64,000 bases of DNA from Vulcanimicrobiota bacterium (GCA_963695225.1 OY968762.1:2496001-2560000), one strand, 5' to 3'; shown: positions 26,800 through 37,645, counted from the first letter of the stretch. The notes: generated by a model not told the origin, from the sequence alone. Numbers and translations: made by a program.

Positions 26800-29595
26800 C
26801 TAGCCGCCTAAAGCAGACGAATGCGGCAGTTCGATGACCGAGTGGACGAGCTCGTCGCCGAGCCGGTAGTTGTGGTGGAAGCCGAGGCTCGTGCAGACGG
26901 AGAGCATCGAGCGGTTGTCGTTGAGGATGTACCCGACGACGCGGTCGACGCGCTCTTCGCCGGCGATCTCGATGAGGCGGCGGAGCAACTTCTTGCCGAG
27001 GCCCTGCCCTTGGAACGAATCGGCGATGAGCAGCGCGAACTCCGCCTGGTTCGCCCCGTTCTCCATGATCAGTCGTCCGATGCCGACGATCTCCTCGCCC
27101 CCGGCCTCGTTCGTCCGCAACGCGAGAAGTGCGATCTGACGCGCGTAGTCGATGAAGCACAGGCGAGCGAGGCGCTCGTGCGAGATGCGCTGGTCGAGGC
27201 TGAGCGCGTGCGCGTACCGGCTGTAGACGCTGTCTTCGGAAAGCGCTGCGTGGAAGGGGCCCATCAGCGGCTCGTCGTCGGGGCGGATCGGGCGGATCGT
27301 CAATTCTTCGCCGCTGCGCGAGGTCCACGTGCCGACGTATTGCGCGGGGTACGGCCGGATCACCGAACTCGGGAGCGCCTCGTCGGCGATCTCCGGCGGA
27401 TGGAGGACGACGCGTGCGTCGAGCGCCACGATGCCGTTCGGCGTCGCGACGAGCGGGTTGATATCGATCTCCTTGACGCGCGGCTGCTCGACGACGAGCT
27501 CGCTGAAGCGCGCGAGCAGGAGCGCCAGCGCTTCCTCGTCGATCGGAGTGCGCCCGCGAACGCCGGCGAAAGCTTTGGCGACCTTCGTCTTCGCGATCGT
27601 CTGTCGAGCCAGCGCCTCGTTCAGCGGGGGCAGGGCGAGTGCGGTGTCGTTGTAGACTTCGACGAGCGTTCCGCCGGAGCCGAACAGGATGACGGGCCCG
27701 AACTGCGGATCGAGCGTCGAGCCGAAGATCAGCTCGTACCCGTCGCGCGTTTCGATCATCGGCTGGACGGTCACGCCGCCGAACGCCTCCGGCCCCGCTT
27801 TCGCGGTGACGGAAGCCTGGATCTCATGGAACGCCAGCTCGACGCAGCTCGCGCTGCCGAGGTTGAGCCGGACGCCGCCGACATCGCTCTTGTGCGTGAC
27901 GGTTTCTGAATGCAGCTTGACGACGACGGGGAAGCCGATCGCGGCCGCCGCTTCGACGGCCGCCTCAGCCGTCGTCGCGATCACCGTCGGGGTCGTGGGG
28001 ATATCGTATGCGGCGAGGAGTTGCTTTGATTCGGCCTCGCTGAGCAGGACGCGGCCTTCAGCGAGCGCGTTCGCGAAGAGCGTGCGGACCGCCGCGCGGT
28101 TCGGCGCGTGCCGGTCGGGCGAGACGCGCGGCGTTTCGAAGAGGGCGCGGAGCTTCGCATCGTAGCGCCACATCAGGTTGAAGATCCGCGCCGCGTGGTC
28201 CGGGTAGGCGAAGGTGGGGATGCCGGCCGGCTCGAGGATATCAGCGGCGGCAGCGAGCGTCGTCGCCCCCATCCACGCGACCAGGATCGGCTTGTGAGAG
28301 GTCCGCGCGATCGCCTTGAGGCCTTCGGCGACCTCCTTCGTCCCGGCCATCGCCTGCGGCGCGAGCGCGACGAGGATCGCATCGTTGTTGGGGTCGGCGA
28401 TCGCGATCCGCGCCGCCTCTTGGAAGCGCCCGATCGGCGCATCGTCGAGGACGTCGATCGGATTCGTGCGGCTCCAGAGCGGGGGGAGGAGCGCGTCGAG
28501 CTGGGCCATCGCCGCCGCGCCGACTTGCGCGAGCTCGCCGCCGCCTTCGATCAACGCGTCGCACGCGAGGACGGCGGGGCCGCCGGAGTTCGTCACGATC
28601 GCCAGCCGCTTCCCCGCGGGGCGCGGTTGCTTGGCGAGCACGTCGGTGATTTGAAAGAGATCCTCGATCGAATCGACGCGCAGGATTCCACAGCGGTCGA
28701 ATGCCGCATCGAGCGCCCTGTCGCTCCCGGTCAAGGAGCCCGTGTGCGACGCGGCGACCTTGGCGGCAGCTTCGGTCCGGCCGCCTTTGATGACGACGAT
28801 CGGCTTCGTGAGCGCAACCTCGCGCGCCGCCGAGAGCAGCTTGCGGGCATCCCCGACCGACTCCATGCAGAGGACGATCGCACTCGTATTCGGGTCGTCG
28901 CCGAGGTGATAGATGATGTCGCTCCACCCGATATCGAGCATCGAGCCCATCGAGATGAACGCGCTGAAACCGACTCCCTGGGAGATGCTCCAATCGAGGA
29001 TCGCGGTCCCGACCGCGCCGCTCTGGCTCGCGAAGCCGATCGAGCCGGCCCGCGCGTTCATGCTCGAGAGCGACGCGTTGAGCCCGACGTGCGGCGCCAT
29101 GATGCCCGTGCAGTTCGGGCCGAGGACGCGCATGCGGCCGGCGGCTTGCGCGAAGATCTCGCGTTCGAGCTGCGCCCCCTCGGCGCCGCTCTCCTTGAAC
29201 CCGGCGGCCAGGACGACGGCGACCTTGACGCCCGCATCGGCGCACTCGCCGATCAACCCGGGGACGGTCCGGGCCGGAGTCGCGATGATTGCGACGTCGA
29301 CGGGCTTGGGGACGGCTCCGATCGACGGGTACGCCGGCCGGCCGAAGAGGCTTGCGTGATGCGGGTTCACGGTGAAGACGTCGCCGCGGAAAGCGCCCTC
29401 GATCAGGTTCAGCGTCGCGATACGGCCGACGCCGGGCTTCTCCGAAGAACCGATGACGGCGACCGAGCGCGGGTGAAAGAGCGCGTCGATCGGCAAGGGG
29501 CGGGCGCCCATCCTTGCGGAGGGGAAAGCGACCGGCGTGCCGGCAGCCGTCGCCGTGTAACCGGCGGGCGGAGGATCCCCAGTCAGCGTTTTCAT
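26800..29595 (-). CDS. Acetate-CoA ligase (ADP-forming)-like / GNAT acetyltransferase fusion (Pat/YfiQ family)
   Basis: [55 protein letters not shown] and QGQGLG GNAT motif. Confidence 0.92.
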   Translation of the reverse strand: MKTLTGDPPPAGYTATAAGTPVAFPSARMGARPLPIDALFHPRSVAVIGSSEKPGVGRIATLNLIEGAFRGDVFTVNPHHASLFGRPAYPSIGAVPKPVDVAIIATPARTVPGLIGECADAGVKVAVVLAAGFKESGAEGAQLEREIFAQAAGRMRVLGPNCTGIMAPHVGLNASLSSMNARAGSIGFASQSGAVGTAILDWSISQGVGFSAFISMGSMLDIGWSDIIYHLGDDPNTSAIVLCMESVGDARKLLSAAREVALTKPIVVIKGGRTEAAAKVAASHTGSLTGSDRALDAAFDRCGILRVDSIEDLFQITDVLAKQPRPAGKRLAIVTNSGGPAVLACDALIEGGGELAQVGAAAMAQLDALLPPLWSRTNPIDVLDDAPIGRFQEAARIAIADPNNDAILVALAPQAMAGTKEVAEGLKAIARTSHKPILVAWMGATTLAAAADILEPAGIPTFAYPDHAARIFNLMWRYDAKLRALFETPRVSPDRHAPNRAAVRTLFANALAEGRVLLSEAESKQLLAAYDIPTTPTVIATTAEAAVEAAAAIGFPVVVKLHSETVTHKSDVGGVRLNLGSASCVELAFHEIQASVTAKAGPEAFGGVTVQPMIETRDGYELIFGSTLDPQFGPVILFGSGGTLVEVYNDTALALPPLNEALARQTIAKTKVAKAFAGVRGRTPIDEEALALLLARFSELVVEQPRVKEIDINPLVATPNGIVALDARVVLHPPEIADEALPSSVIRPYPAQYVGTWTSRSGEELTIRPIRPDDEPLMGPFHAALSEDSVYSRYAHALSLDQRISHERLARLCFIDYARQIALLALRTNEAGGEEIVGIGRLIMENGANQAEFALLIADSFQGQGLGKKLLRRLIEIAGEERVDRVVGYILNDNRSMLSVCTSLGFHHNYRLGDELVHSVIELPHSSALGG

Positions 29596-29917
29596 TGGCG
29601 TTATAGATATTATCGGCTATATGCGTCTAGCCTCCTAGTGCTTTTTGCCACTTCGGGCGTTCTTCTAGTGAATTCCCGTGAAATAAAGGGAAGGGTACGA
29701 CTCGTGTATAACGGCCACCGGTTGAATCTGTCGTCACTCACGCTTTCGGTGCTCGATCTCCGGCATCGAAGTGTTCGCGGCAGGCTTTACGGTCCGGACG
29801 CTACCGACCAGTACGGTTGGGAAAGTCGTGACTCGTGGCCCACGAATTTCAGCCGAGATGGCGGCCGAGCCGCAGTGATCCGTTCTTCGAGCCGCGGTTC
29901 GCCGAAGATCACGCCGA

Positions 29918-32900
29918 ATGCGCGTGATGCGTTCGGCGCTCCGGCGCCTCACTACGTTTGAGTGGGCTGCCGTCGTAGCGCTCGGACTCATTCTTCCGAT
30001 CGCGCTGTATTTCGGGTTCGCGCTGACGGTCCGCGCCTCGGAGCGCGAGAGTGCGTTCGACAAGCTGGAAGGGGTGAGCCTAGCCCTCACCGCCGGGACG
30101 CTCCGTTTGATCGACGGGACCGACCTCGCGTTCCAAGCCGTCGACGGCGCGATCGCGACGCCGCGCGGGGCGGAGCGCGACGCTCTCCGCTCGCGTGTCG
30201 CCGATTGGCTAGCGACTAGCCCGATCGTCGAACGCGCCTTCGTCTTCGACGCGCGCGGACGTGGGTACGATTTGAGCAGGCCGGAAGAAGCGCCGGCGAT
30301 CCACGCTTTCGATCCGGCATTCCTTACGGCGCTTGACGCGCGGCCCCACCGTTCCACTTCGATCGAGCCGGCCGCCCGGATCGACGAACTCAGCGGGACG
30401 GACGGCGTTCTCCTGGTCCGTGCCGCCGCGGACGCCCGGGGCCGGTACATCGTGCTTTCCCTCCACCAGAGCCGCCTGCGGGAACTCTACAGTGTTCCGA
30501 GCCTCGGGGCGAACGGGATCGTCGTGCTCTGCGCCACGAACGGGCGCGTCATTCTCGCGGAGCCGAATTCCGTGCGGCTGAATGAGAAGGGCATCTCAGC
30601 GCTTGCTTCGCGGGCGACGGATTCCGCGGGAGGGCCGGTCCTCACGACCCTCGGCGACGGCGTCGAGCGCTACTACGAGTCCCGGATCGTCCCGAAGGCG
30701 GATGCGCAAGCGGTCGTGGTCGGCGTTGCGCGAGCCGATATCGACGGCGCCGTCGAGGGAAGGCTTTCGTTCGCCCGCTGGACGCTCGCGATCCTTTGGC
30801 TCGCGATCCTGTCGGGGGCGGCGTTCGCGCTCTTCCTCTCCGAGCGGGCGAGACAACTCGCGCTCGGCTTATCGCTCCAAGGCGAAGCGATGAGCACGCT
30901 ACGGCAACTGCATAACGATATGCTCGACCAGTCGCCCGCGAGCATCGCGGTCCTCGACGCGCGAGGAACGATCGTCGAGGTGAACCGGCGTTGGCGTCAG
31001 TTCGCGATGGAGAACGGCTATGCCGATGCCGATTACGGCGTCGGGAGGAACTATCTCGACGTCTGCGAGGCCGCCGGCGCCGCGCCCGGCGATACCGCGG
31101 ACGATGGGAGCGATTCGGCGCTCGACATTCGACAAGGGATCGAGGACGTCATCGCGCACCGCCGCGATACCGCACATTTTCGTTACCCGTGCAACGCGCC
31201 CGGGCAAGAGCGATGGTTCGAGATGTTTGTCGCGCCGATCGGCCTCGTGCGTGCAGTGGGCGCGATCGTCAGGCATCTGGAGATCACCGACCTCGTCGTT
31301 GCGCAGCGGGAGCAGAAGCTCCATAGCGACGTTTTGGAAGCAATCGACGTGGCGCTCCCGATCGCGATCTATCATCGTATTGCGAACGGCGGGGAGTTTC
31401 GGTACCGTTTCGTGAACCCCCGAGCTGCGGAGCTGTTCGGCATCTCAAGCGGCGAGAGCCGAAGACTCGAGTTGATTGGGGAATCGCTCCACCCGGAGGA
31501 TGCCGCGCGCGTCCGCGCATCCTACCAGAGCGCGCTCGATGCCGGCGGAGGGATGTGGCGGGCCGAATTCCGTTGCGTTACGCACGCGGGAGAGTGCGCT
31601 TGGTTGCGCGCCGCCGTCCATATCGTGGCGTCGGACGGGCGCGAGATCGAATCGCTCGCGGTCCTGCACGATTTCACCGAGGAAGCGCTGGCGAGCGAAA
31701 AGACCCACTACGAGCGGGAACATGACGAGTTGACCGGTCTCTTGACGCGCCCGGCGTTCGAACGATCGCTAACCGCGGCGATCGACCGCTGGATGCGTTT
31801 CGGCGAGTTCTTCACGGTCGTCCTCGCCGATATCGATGGTTTCCACGAACTGAACGAAGCGTACGGCATGGACGTCGGAGACGAAATGCTTCGTAAGGTC
31901 GCTGATGCGATGCGCGAAACCTTCAGGGAATCGAGCGACTCGCTCGCGCGCCTCAACGCGGACAAGTTCGGCCTCATCGCTCGAGTCAGGACGATGCAGG
32001 ACGCGCTTGCCGTCGCCGATCGGGTCGTGGCGACCGCGGGGATCGCGTTCGATGTCGATGGACATCATCTGCTGCTCTCGGTGAGCGCGGGTGCTGCGAT
32101 CCCCAGCCGCCTCACCGACGCAGCCGGCGACCTCTTGCGTCACTGCGACACGGCGCTCGAGCGAGCGCGCGACGGGGGCGGCGGGACGCATCGGCTCTAT
32201 TCCGACGAGATGGGAGCCGAGAGCGTGGCGCGCGTCTCGTTCAAGGAGAACTTGCGCGAGGCGGTCGGACGGCAGGAATTCGAACTGCATTACCAGCCGA
32301 AGATCGATCTCGCCTCCGGACGCGTCGCCGGCTGCGAGGCGTTGATCCGTTGGAAGCACCCGGCCTTGGGCTACCAATCCCCGGCGCGCTTCATTCCGAT
32401 CGCCGAAGAAACGGGCCTCATCGTCCCGATCGGCGCGTGGGTCGTGCAGGAGGCGTGCCGCCAATACGTGGCCTGGCGCGCCGCCGGGCTCGAGGCCGTT
32501 CCTATCGCCGTCAACGTCTCCGCCGTTCAATTCACCCACAGCGACGTTTTTGAACTGATCGAGAAGGCGATGGCATCATCGGGCGTACCCTCCGGCTCGA
32601 TCGCCATCGAGGTGACCGAGAGTCTCTTCATCGGGAACTCGGACGACGTGGTCCGGACGTTGGAGAAGATCCGCGGCCTCGGCGTCGAGATCGGGCTCGA
32701 CGATTTCGGCACGGGATTCTCATCGCTTTCGTATCTCAAGCGCCTTCCGCTCTCGAAGATCAAGGCGGACCAATCGTACGTTCGCGGGGCGGTCGAGAAT
32801 CCGAGCGATGCGGCGATCGTCCGTTCGATCGTGCACCTCACGTCGGAGTTGGGCTTAGGAGTCGTCGCCGAAGGCGTCGAGACGGCGGAACAGCTTGCGT

Positions 32901-33064
32901 TTGTGCGCAGCGTGGGCTGTGCCGAGGCGCAGGGCTACTATTTCAGCCCGCCGCTGATGGCGCACGATTTCGCATGGTTTCTCCAAAATAGCGCGCAGTT
33001 GATTGCGAACAAACTCAACGTCGGCGAGAAGTCTCCGAGCAACGGGATTCTCGAAGGAGCGTAA
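29918..33064 (+). CDS. Membrane sensor-PAS-PAS-degenerate GGDEF-EAL c-di-GMP phosphodiesterase
   Basis: Two TM segments; PAS (HPED); GGDEF site reads NADKF; EAL, DDFGTG, EGVE, QGYYFSPP intact. Confidence 0.9.
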   Translation: MRVMRSALRRLTTFEWAAVVALGLILPIALYFGFALTVRASERESAFDKLEGVSLALTAGTLRLIDGTDLAFQAVDGAIATPRGAERDALRSRVADWLATSPIVERAFVFDARGRGYDLSRPEEAPAIHAFDPAFLTALDARPHRSTSIEPAARIDELSGTDGVLLVRAAADARGRYIVLSLHQSRLRELYSVPSLGANGIVVLCATNGRVILAEPNSVRLNEKGISALASRATDSAGGPVLTTLGDGVERYYESRIVPKADAQAVVVGVARADIDGAVEGRLSFARWTLAILWLAILSGAAFALFLSERARQLALGLSLQGEAMSTLRQLHNDMLDQSPASIAVLDARGTIVEVNRRWRQFAMENGYADADYGVGRNYLDVCEAAGAAPGDTADDGSDSALDIRQGIEDVIAHRRDTAHFRYPCNAPGQERWFEMFVAPIGLVRAVGAIVRHLEITDLVVAQREQKLHSDVLEAIDVALPIAIYHRIANGGEFRYRFVNPRAAELFGISSGESRRLELIGESLHPEDAARVRASYQSALDAGGGMWRAEFRCVTHAGECAWLRAAVHIVASDGREIESLAVLHDFTEEALASEKTHYEREHDELTGLLTRPAFERSLTAAIDRWMRFGEFFTVVLADIDGFHELNEAYGMDVGDEMLRKVADAMRETFRESSDSLARLNADKFGLIARVRTMQDALAVADRVVATAGIAFDVDGHHLLLSVSAGAAIPSRLTDAAGDLLRHCDTALERARDGGGGTHRLYSDEMGAESVARVSFKENLREAVGRQEFELHYQPKIDLASGRVAGCEALIRWKHPALGYQSPARFIPIAEETGLIVPIGAWVVQEACRQYVAWRAAGLEAVPIAVNVSAVQFTHSDVFELIEKAMASSGVPSGSIAIEVTESLFIGNSDDVVRTLEKIRGLGVEIGLDDFGTGFSSLSYLKRLPLSKIKADQSYVRGAVENPSDAAIVRSIVHLTSELGLGVVAEGVETAEQLAFVRSVGCAEAQGYYFSPPLMAHDFAWFLQNSAQLIANKLNVGEKSPSNGILEGA

Positions 33065-33065
33065 C

Positions 33066-34790
33066 GTGGCCGAACAGATTGCCCGCCGGTCAGCGACCGG
33101 GATCGCCGGGCTCGACGGGATCCTTCGTGGAGGGCTCCCCGCCGGGCGGACGACGGTCGTCGTCGGCGGCCCGGGCGCCGGAAAGACGGTCCTTGCGATG
33201 CAGTACCTCGTGAACGGAGCCGCGCGCTACGGAGAACCCGGCGTCATGGTTTCGTTCGAGGAATCCGAACGATCGCTGCGAGCGAACTTGGCGACCTTCA
33301 GGTGGCCGGTCGACGACGTGCTCGGGAAGACCCTCCACATCATCGACGGGCGGATCCCCGCCGATTCCGTGCAAGCCGGAACCGTCGATCTCGAAGGGCT
33401 CATCGCGATCCTGGATGTTTACGTTGCGGAGCACCGGCTGAAACGGATCTCGCTCGACGGCATCGATGCGCTCTTCGCCCTCTCGGAAGACCCGCTCGTA
33501 AGCCGTCGCGAAGTTCTGCGGCTGCTGAATTGGCTGGCGGAATCCGGTTTGACGGCGATCGTGACCGTCAAAGGCGCCCGGGACGGGGGAGCGATGCCGT
33601 CCTATTTCGGTTTCTCCGAGTATGCCTCCGACGGCGTCGTGCACTTGGGCGCCCGCATGACCGACCGGCTTCTCCATCGCGCATTGCAAGTCATCAAACT
33701 GCGCGGGGCCTCGTACGCGACGGGAGAGCATGCTTACGTCATCTCCGAACTCGGGCTCGAAGTCGCATACACTGCGGCGACGAAAGCCTCGACGCGGCTA
33801 TCGGCGAACCGTCTCTCGTCGGGGATCGAGCGCCTCGACCGAATGCTGGTCGGCGGATACCGCGAGGGGTCGGTGACGCTCCTATCCGGCCTGCCGGGCA
33901 CGGCCAAGACGACGCTTTCGGGTGCGTTCGTCTCCGCGGGGTGCGCCCGCGGCGAACGCGCGCTCTTCATCGGGCTCGACGAACCGGTCGAGCAGGTCTT
34001 TCTCGACCTCCGGTCCGTCGGATTCCAATTGGAGCGCTATAGGGATGAGGGCTTTCTCGCGACCGCATCGTTCAACGCAGGGTCCGCGAGCGTCGACGAG
34101 CACTATCTCGCGATCGAACGCCTGATCGAACTGCACGAGCCGCGCTTGCTCGTAATCGATCCGATCTCAGCGTTGGCGAAAGCCGGCGGCCGCGAGGTCG
34201 CCGATCTCGCCTGCGAGCGTTTGGTGAATCTCGTCAAGGAGCGCGGCATCACCGCGGTGTTCACCGTCGTCGCCGATTCGAGCCTCGGCGAACTCGAGGC
34301 GACCTCGACGCGCGTTTCGACGATCGCCGACAATTGGATCCATTTGAGCTTCGCGGTTCAACGTGGAGAGCGCAACCGGACGCTGACGATCATCAAGGCG
34401 CGAGGAACCGATCATTCTAACCAGATGCGCGAGTTGATTCTCAGCGATTCCGGGCTCGATTTGCAGGACGTCTACAGCGCGCAGGGAGAGGTGCTGCTCG
34501 GGACCGCCCGGATGGAAAAGGAGCAGCAGGACATGACCGACGCTCACAAACGTGCGGTCGACGTCAGGCGTAACCTTTCCGCCCTGGCGCATCGCGGCAA
34601 CACGCTCGAAGCGCAGCTCATGATGACGCAGAGCGAACTCGCCGCGATCCGCGCGCAACAGGCCCAGATGGAATCGATGGCGCTCGACGTCGAGCGGCAG
34701 TTTGCCGAAGGGAGGAGCCTCATTCAGGCGAACCGCCGGGCCGACCCGCCGGACGGCCTGACGGGCGACCCGGAAGGGGGGACGCAGTGA
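33066..34790 (+). CDS. kaiC: KaiC-family double-domain ATPase
   Basis: CI GGPGAGKT/FEE, CII GLPGTAKT, VSTIAD (S/T phosphosite pair), KARGT, C-terminal coiled coil. Confidence 0.92.
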   Translation: MAEQIARRSATGIAGLDGILRGGLPAGRTTVVVGGPGAGKTVLAMQYLVNGAARYGEPGVMVSFEESERSLRANLATFRWPVDDVLGKTLHIIDGRIPADSVQAGTVDLEGLIAILDVYVAEHRLKRISLDGIDALFALSEDPLVSRREVLRLLNWLAESGLTAIVTVKGARDGGAMPSYFGFSEYASDGVVHLGARMTDRLLHRALQVIKLRGASYATGEHAYVISELGLEVAYTAATKASTRLSANRLSSGIERLDRMLVGGYREGSVTLLSGLPGTAKTTLSGAFVSAGCARGERALFIGLDEPVEQVFLDLRSVGFQLERYRDEGFLATASFNAGSASVDEHYLAIERLIELHEPRLLVIDPISALAKAGGREVADLACERLVNLVKERGITAVFTVVADSSLGELEATSTRVSTIADNWIHLSFAVQRGERNRTLTIIKARGTDHSNQMRELILSDSGLDLQDVYSAQGEVLLGTARMEKEQQDMTDAHKRAVDVRRNLSALAHRGNTLEAQLMMTQSELAAIRAQQAQMESMALDVERQFAEGRSLIQANRRADPPDGLTGDPEGGTQ

Positions 34791-35128
34791 GCGTCGAGCA
34801 GAGCGCGGAATTGCCGGTCGTGCGCCTGGTCCTGTTCATCGCAGGCGAATCGCCGAATTCAGCCGCCGCGCTGGCGAACCTACGCCGTGCGATCGAACTC
34901 GAGGGCGCCGAGCGCTTCGAACTCGAGGTCGTCGACGTCTTCGAACATGCCGAAAGGGCGCTCTCCGAACGCGTCTTCGTCACGCCGACGCTGGTCCGGC
35001 ACGCGCCCACACCCATTCGGCGTTTGCTCGGCGACCTGAGCTCGACCATCGAGTTGCACTCGCTGCTGCGCGGCAGGTACGCCGGCGGACCTTCCGGCGA
35101 CGTCCGCTGGTCTTCGAACGCCTCCTAG
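34787..35128 (+). CDS. kaiB: KaiB-family protein
   Basis: LFIAG.SPNS..A..NL, LEVVDV, TPTLVR..P.P.RR..GDLS. Confidence 0.92.
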   Translation: MSVEQSAELPVVRLVLFIAGESPNSAAALANLRRAIELEGAERFELEVVDVFEHAERALSERVFVTPTLVRHAPTPIRRLLGDLSSTIELHSLLRGRYAGGPSGDVRWSSNAS

Positions 35129-35138
35129 GCTCGCGCTC

Positions 35139-35987
35139 TCAGGCGGGCGGTTTCGGTTCCGGGCAATCGCGCAACAGCGTGCGGCCGTCCGGCGTCGTCT
35201 GCTGGACCGCGAAGACGGTCGCGGCTTTCTGCCTGCCCACGAGGTCGTAACCCGGCGGCGGCAGTTGTAAGAGCGCCGTCAGGTCCGTCTTCTTCAGATT
35301 CTTGGTCGACCAGGGGTCGTCGTCGTCGTTTGCATACGAGAACGGCCAATGCAGGTCGTCCTCGACCGTCTCCCCGTTGCGGAGGTGGATGACGATCGAG
35401 ACGTCCCGGAAGTGGGCGGTCCCGTTCCAGCCGAACGTGCGGTGCCCGGTCAGTTCGACGTAGCCGCACGGCGTCGTGTCGGCCTCGCCGCCGTTCCCGT
35501 TCCCTTCCCCGCCGCTGCCGCTCGCCGTCCCGGCGTCCCCGCCGCTTCCGCTGCCCGCGCCCGCTCCCGTCCCGGCGCCGCCGTTTGCGACGCCGGTGCC
35601 GGCACCCCGCGCCTTTGCGGGCTTCACGGCCGGGGGGGCGTGCGGGGGCGGCGTCGCGTGGAGAATCCGCCGCGCGGCTTGCCCGCCGTGCGCGACGGCC
35701 AGCGGCGCGGCCGCCTTCGCGGCGGGCGCGCGAACTGAGACCCGTGGGGCGAGCGAGGCGCTCGGCCGCGGCGTGGCGAGCGTAACCGGCGGCGGCTTCG
35801 GCGTCGGCGTCGGGCGGCGCACGATCGTCACTTGTTGCGAGACGACGATCTCCGGTTGCGGCGGCGCGGCGTGCCGGCGCGGGATGAAGCCCGCGGCGAT
35901 CGCGTGAACGGCAATCGCAACGGCAAGCGCAAAAAGGAAGCGCCGTCGGTGGTCGAGGCGGCCGAGACGGTCGAAGAAGTCGCTCAT
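35139..35987 (-). CDS. Membrane-anchored Pro/Gly-rich hypothetical protein (TonB-like architecture)
   Basis: N-terminal TM with His (AIAVHAI), PTPTP linker, Gly-rich stretch, small C-terminal domain. Confidence 0.65.
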   Translation of the reverse strand: MSDFFDRLGRLDHRRRFLFALAVAIAVHAIAAGFIPRRHAAPPQPEIVVSQQVTIVRRPTPTPKPPPVTLATPRPSASLAPRVSVRAPAAKAAAPLAVAHGGQAARRILHATPPPHAPPAVKPAKARGAGTGVANGGAGTGAGAGSGSGGDAGTASGSGGEGNGNGGEADTTPCGYVELTGHRTFGWNGTAHFRDVSIVIHLRNGETVEDDLHWPFSYANDDDDPWSTKNLKKTDLTALLQLPPPGYDLVGRQKAATVFAVQQTTPDGRTLLRDCPEPKPPA

Positions 35988-36068
35988 CCGAAGAGAAGCG
36001 AGCCACCCGGCCGGCGGATGGCTCGCCGCAGTTCTTCTATCGGCCGTTAGAGGTGGGGCGAACTGCGC

Positions 36069-36365
36069 TTAGGACGGGTTGACGCCGTACGTGCGGTAAT
36101 ACCAGTCCTTGAATTGCGCTTCGGTCGGGTAGACGCCGTACTTGTGGTAGTACCATGCGTTGTAGGACTGCTGGCGACGCTTCTGCTCCTGCTGCTCCTG
36201 CTCTTTGATCCGCTTCTTGTGGTTGTAGTTCGTGATGCCGATCGCCGCTGCGGCCCCGCCGATGAGGATGTTGCGCGTACTTGCCGCCCCGTCCGCGAAG
36301 GCCGGTGCGACGGTCCCGGCCGCCGTCGCGACCGTGAGGGCTGTGGCGAGAAGTATCTTCTTCAT
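36069..36365 (-). CDS. Small secreted hypothetical protein ('ASTRN' family, copy A)
   Basis: AGAGGA RBS; signal peptide MKKILLATALT...AFA, then ASTRNILIGGAAAAIGITNYNHK. Confidence 0.8.
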   Translation of the reverse strand: MKKILLATALTVATAAGTVAPAFADGAASTRNILIGGAAAAIGITNYNHKKRIKEQEQQEQKRRQQSYNAWYYHKYGVYPTEAQFKDWYYRTYGVNPS

Positions 36366-36545
36366 ATTGATTTCCTCTGTTCCCGAAAGGTACGGCTCCC
36401 GAAACTTGCTCTCGCGGAGGCATTCCCTCACTGAACGCACGGGCCGGCTCGCGTGTTCCGTGCGCCGAGCGGGAGCCGGGCAAGGGACGGCGGCGTTCGA
36501 GCAGAACCGCCGTTCGTTTGCTGTTGTCACCGGAGGCCGTTTCCC

Positions 36546-37058
36546 TTGAACATCGAGCCGTTGATCCGCGTCATCCCGGACTTTCCGATCCCGGGGATCC
36601 TTTTCCGCGACATCACGCCGCTGCTCAAGGATCCGGCAGGTTTCAAGGCGACGATCGATCTGTTCGTCGACCGATACAAGGACGAGCGCATCGACATGGT
36701 CGTCGGCATCGAAGCGCGCGGCTACATGCTCGCAGCGCCTTTGGCCTACCATCTCGGCGCGGGCTTCGTTCCGGTGCGCAAGCCCGGGAAGCTTCCCGGC
36801 GCCAAGCATACTGAAGAATACGCGCTCGAATACGGGACGAACTCGCTCGAGATCCATAACGACGCCGTCGGTAGCGGGCAACGCGTCCTGATCGTCGACG
36901 ACCTGCTCGCGACGGGCGGGACGGCCGCCGCGACGGCGCGGTTGCTCGGCCGCCTCGGCGCGGAGCTCGCCGGGTATGCGTTTTTGATCGAACTGCGCGG
37001 GCTCAACGGGCGGGCCGCGCTCGAAGGCGCGGACGTGACGGCGTTCCTGAAGTACTGA
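36546..37058 (+). CDS. apt: Adenine phosphoribosyltransferase
   Basis: [48 protein letters not shown] start with GGAGG. Confidence 0.96.
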   Translation: MNIEPLIRVIPDFPIPGILFRDITPLLKDPAGFKATIDLFVDRYKDERIDMVVGIEARGYMLAAPLAYHLGAGFVPVRKPGKLPGAKHTEEYALEYGTNSLEIHNDAVGSGQRVLIVDDLLATGGTAAATARLLGRLGAELAGYAFLIELRGLNGRAALEGADVTAFLKY

Positions 37059-37111
37059 TCGAAACGAAGGGCCCTCTTTCGCCGTTGCAAGGAAACGGAG
37101 GGTCTTGCTCG

Positions 37112-37645
37112 ATGAGTAACGTTCGAACCCAAAGCTTCCCCGCGATGCGGAACCCCGCTGCGCTGATCCTCGCGTTTGCCGCGCTGTTCGCGCTGTCGTT
37201 CGCGCTCGCGACGCCCGTGCGGGCCGAAACCAGCGGCCAAGCCTCGACGCGAAACATCGCGCTTGGAGCCGCGGCGGCCGCGATCGGGATCATCATTTAC
37301 AACAACATCCAGCACAAGAACGCGGCGGCGAACCAGGTCGTCGGCTATACGCGAGACGGCGGTACGGTCTATGCGGACGGCCGGATCGTCTACCCGAACG
37401 GCAACGTTCTGTACTCGAGCAACGGGAACGGCCGAATCTGCTCGTGGACCGGGAACGGCGAACGGTGCGGGAATCGGCCCGTCGCGTACCACACCCGCGA
37501 CTGGAACGGGCACGACAACGGGAATCACAACGGCTGGAACAACGGCCAAAACCGCAACGGCAACAATTGGGGCCCGGGTAGCGGCGGGAACGACCGCGAC
37601 GGCGGCGCCAATCACGATCGCGGCCAGCGCGGGAGCGACCGCTAA
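37112..37645 (+). CDS. Secreted hypothetical protein ('ASTRN' family, copy B) with Asn/Gly/His/Asp-rich tail
   Basis: Signal peptide, then ASTRNIALGAAAAAIGIIIYNNIQHK; low-complexity C-terminus. Confidence 0.75.
   Translation: MSNVRTQSFPAMRNPAALILAFAALFALSFALATPVRAETSGQASTRNIALGAAAAAIGIIIYNNIQHKNAAANQVVGYTRDGGTVYADGRIVYPNGNVLYSSNGNGRICSWTGNGERCGNRPVAYHTRDWNGHDNGNHNGWNNGQNRNGNNWGPGSGGNDRDGGANHDRGQRGSDR

Noticed and set aside
33066..35128. True circadian clock
   Set aside because: No kaiA and CII motifs are altered; oscillation cannot be inferred from sequence
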